Source: Verrucomicrobiota bacterium (GTDB lineage Bacteria; Verrucomicrobiota; Verrucomicrobiia; Chthoniobacterales; Chthoniobacteraceae). From it: a DNA stretch of 64,000 nt. Below the pieces are notes generated by a model, which saw only the letters and a program-made list of their open reading frames with translations, was not told where the DNA came from and ran no database searches. The stretch is taken from assembly GCA_041159065.1 (NCBI GenBank), contig JBEBAG010000288.1, positions 380 to 64,379 on the forward strand. Reading direction: 5' to 3'. Position numbers and translations under genes: made by a program. The number at the start of each line of letters is the position of its first letter. The first letter of the stretch is position 1. This document shows positions 63,502 through 64,000 of this stretch, piece after piece.

Positions 63502-64000
63502 ATGAACCAGTCCGCAGCACAGCAGGGAGAGTCGGGAAGCGGAGCGTTGCAGAGCCAGTTTTTGCGCGTGTACACGGAGCATCAACTGGCGCTGCACGCC
63601 TATGTGCGTTCGATTCTGCCGAACCGCGAAGAGGCGTCGGAGGTGATGCAGGAAGTGGCGGTGGTTCTCTGGCAGAAGTTTGAGTCCGCGCGGGACTTTC
63701 GGCCTTGGGCGTTTGGGGTGGCGCGCCTCGAGGCGCTCCGTTTTCTGCGGGATCGCCAGCGGGATCGCTTGGTGTTCGACGAGGCGTTGGTGAATCAGTT
63801 GGCGGAGGAGGCGCGGGAGTGCGAGGGCCGTCACGAGCGGCAGCGGGAGGCGCTGGAGGGCTGCCTGCAAAAACTTCCGTCGGGCCAGAGACAGTTGGTG
63901 TTGGTGGCCTACGCCAAGGGGACGCGCATGGACGAACTGGCGGCGTCGCGCGGGCAGACGGCGATGTCGCTCTACAAGGTGCTGCACCGGATTCGGCAGG
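63502..64000 (+). CDS. ECF-type RNA polymerase sigma-70 family factor, C-terminus beyond the window end
   Basis: Own translation from ATG 63502: MNQSAAQQGESGSGALQSQFLRVYTEHQLALHAYVRSILPNREEASEVMQEVAVVLWQKFE...FRPWAFGVARLEALRFLRDRQRDR (region 2) ... LPSGQRQLVLVAYAKGTRMDELAASRGQTAMSLYKVLHRIRQ (region 4). No stop before the window end, so it is absent from the track. Confidence 0.8.
   Translation, partial: MNQSAAQQGESGSGALQSQFLRVYTEHQLALHAYVRSILPNREEASEVMQEVAVVLWQKFESARDFRPWAFGVARLEALRFLRDRQRDRLVFDEALVNQLAEEARECEGRHERQREALEGCLQKLPSGQRQLVLVAYAKGTRMDELAASRGQTAMSLYKVLHRIRQ

Overview
High-GC bacterial chromosomal segment (roughly two-thirds G+C by eye, not computed). The gene content points to the PVC superphylum (Verrucomicrobiota or Planctomycetota), but I cannot name the organism. 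The supporting content is: four paralogous secreted pairs of the planctomycete-cytochrome type (DUF1592-family+DUF1552, DUF1549/DUF1553+DUF1501), many Tat-type signals, PVC-style ECF sigma factors, a giant FHA-kinase-WD40 protein and a fused membrane/spermidine-synthase-like protein.

I call 47 protein-coding genes (2 truncated by window edges), 2 tRNAs (initiator tRNA-fMet and tRNA-Tyr), two convincing intrinsic terminators, one in-frame tandem repeat and a few weak regulatory candidates. I saw no transposase, integrase, prophage, CRISPR array or recognisable defence or toxin gene.

The best candidate for an uncharacterised system is a ten-gene, translationally coupled, almost entirely membrane-embedded MoxR(AAA+)/DUF58 operon at 36561-46637. 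It is bracketed by two RDD proteins and extended upstream by two B-box-like zinc-finger membrane proteins. The second candidate is the set of PSCyt/PSD-type gene pairs, each wired to its own regulator (ECF sigma, AraC, IclR), including an FGE/SUMF1-like domain fused to a DUF1592-family protein.

All family names come from motif recognition by eye on the supplied translations, not from database searches. Many long ORFs in the track are antisense or off-frame artefacts of the high GC content, and several track ORFs carry spurious N-terminal extensions that I trimmed to plausible starts.
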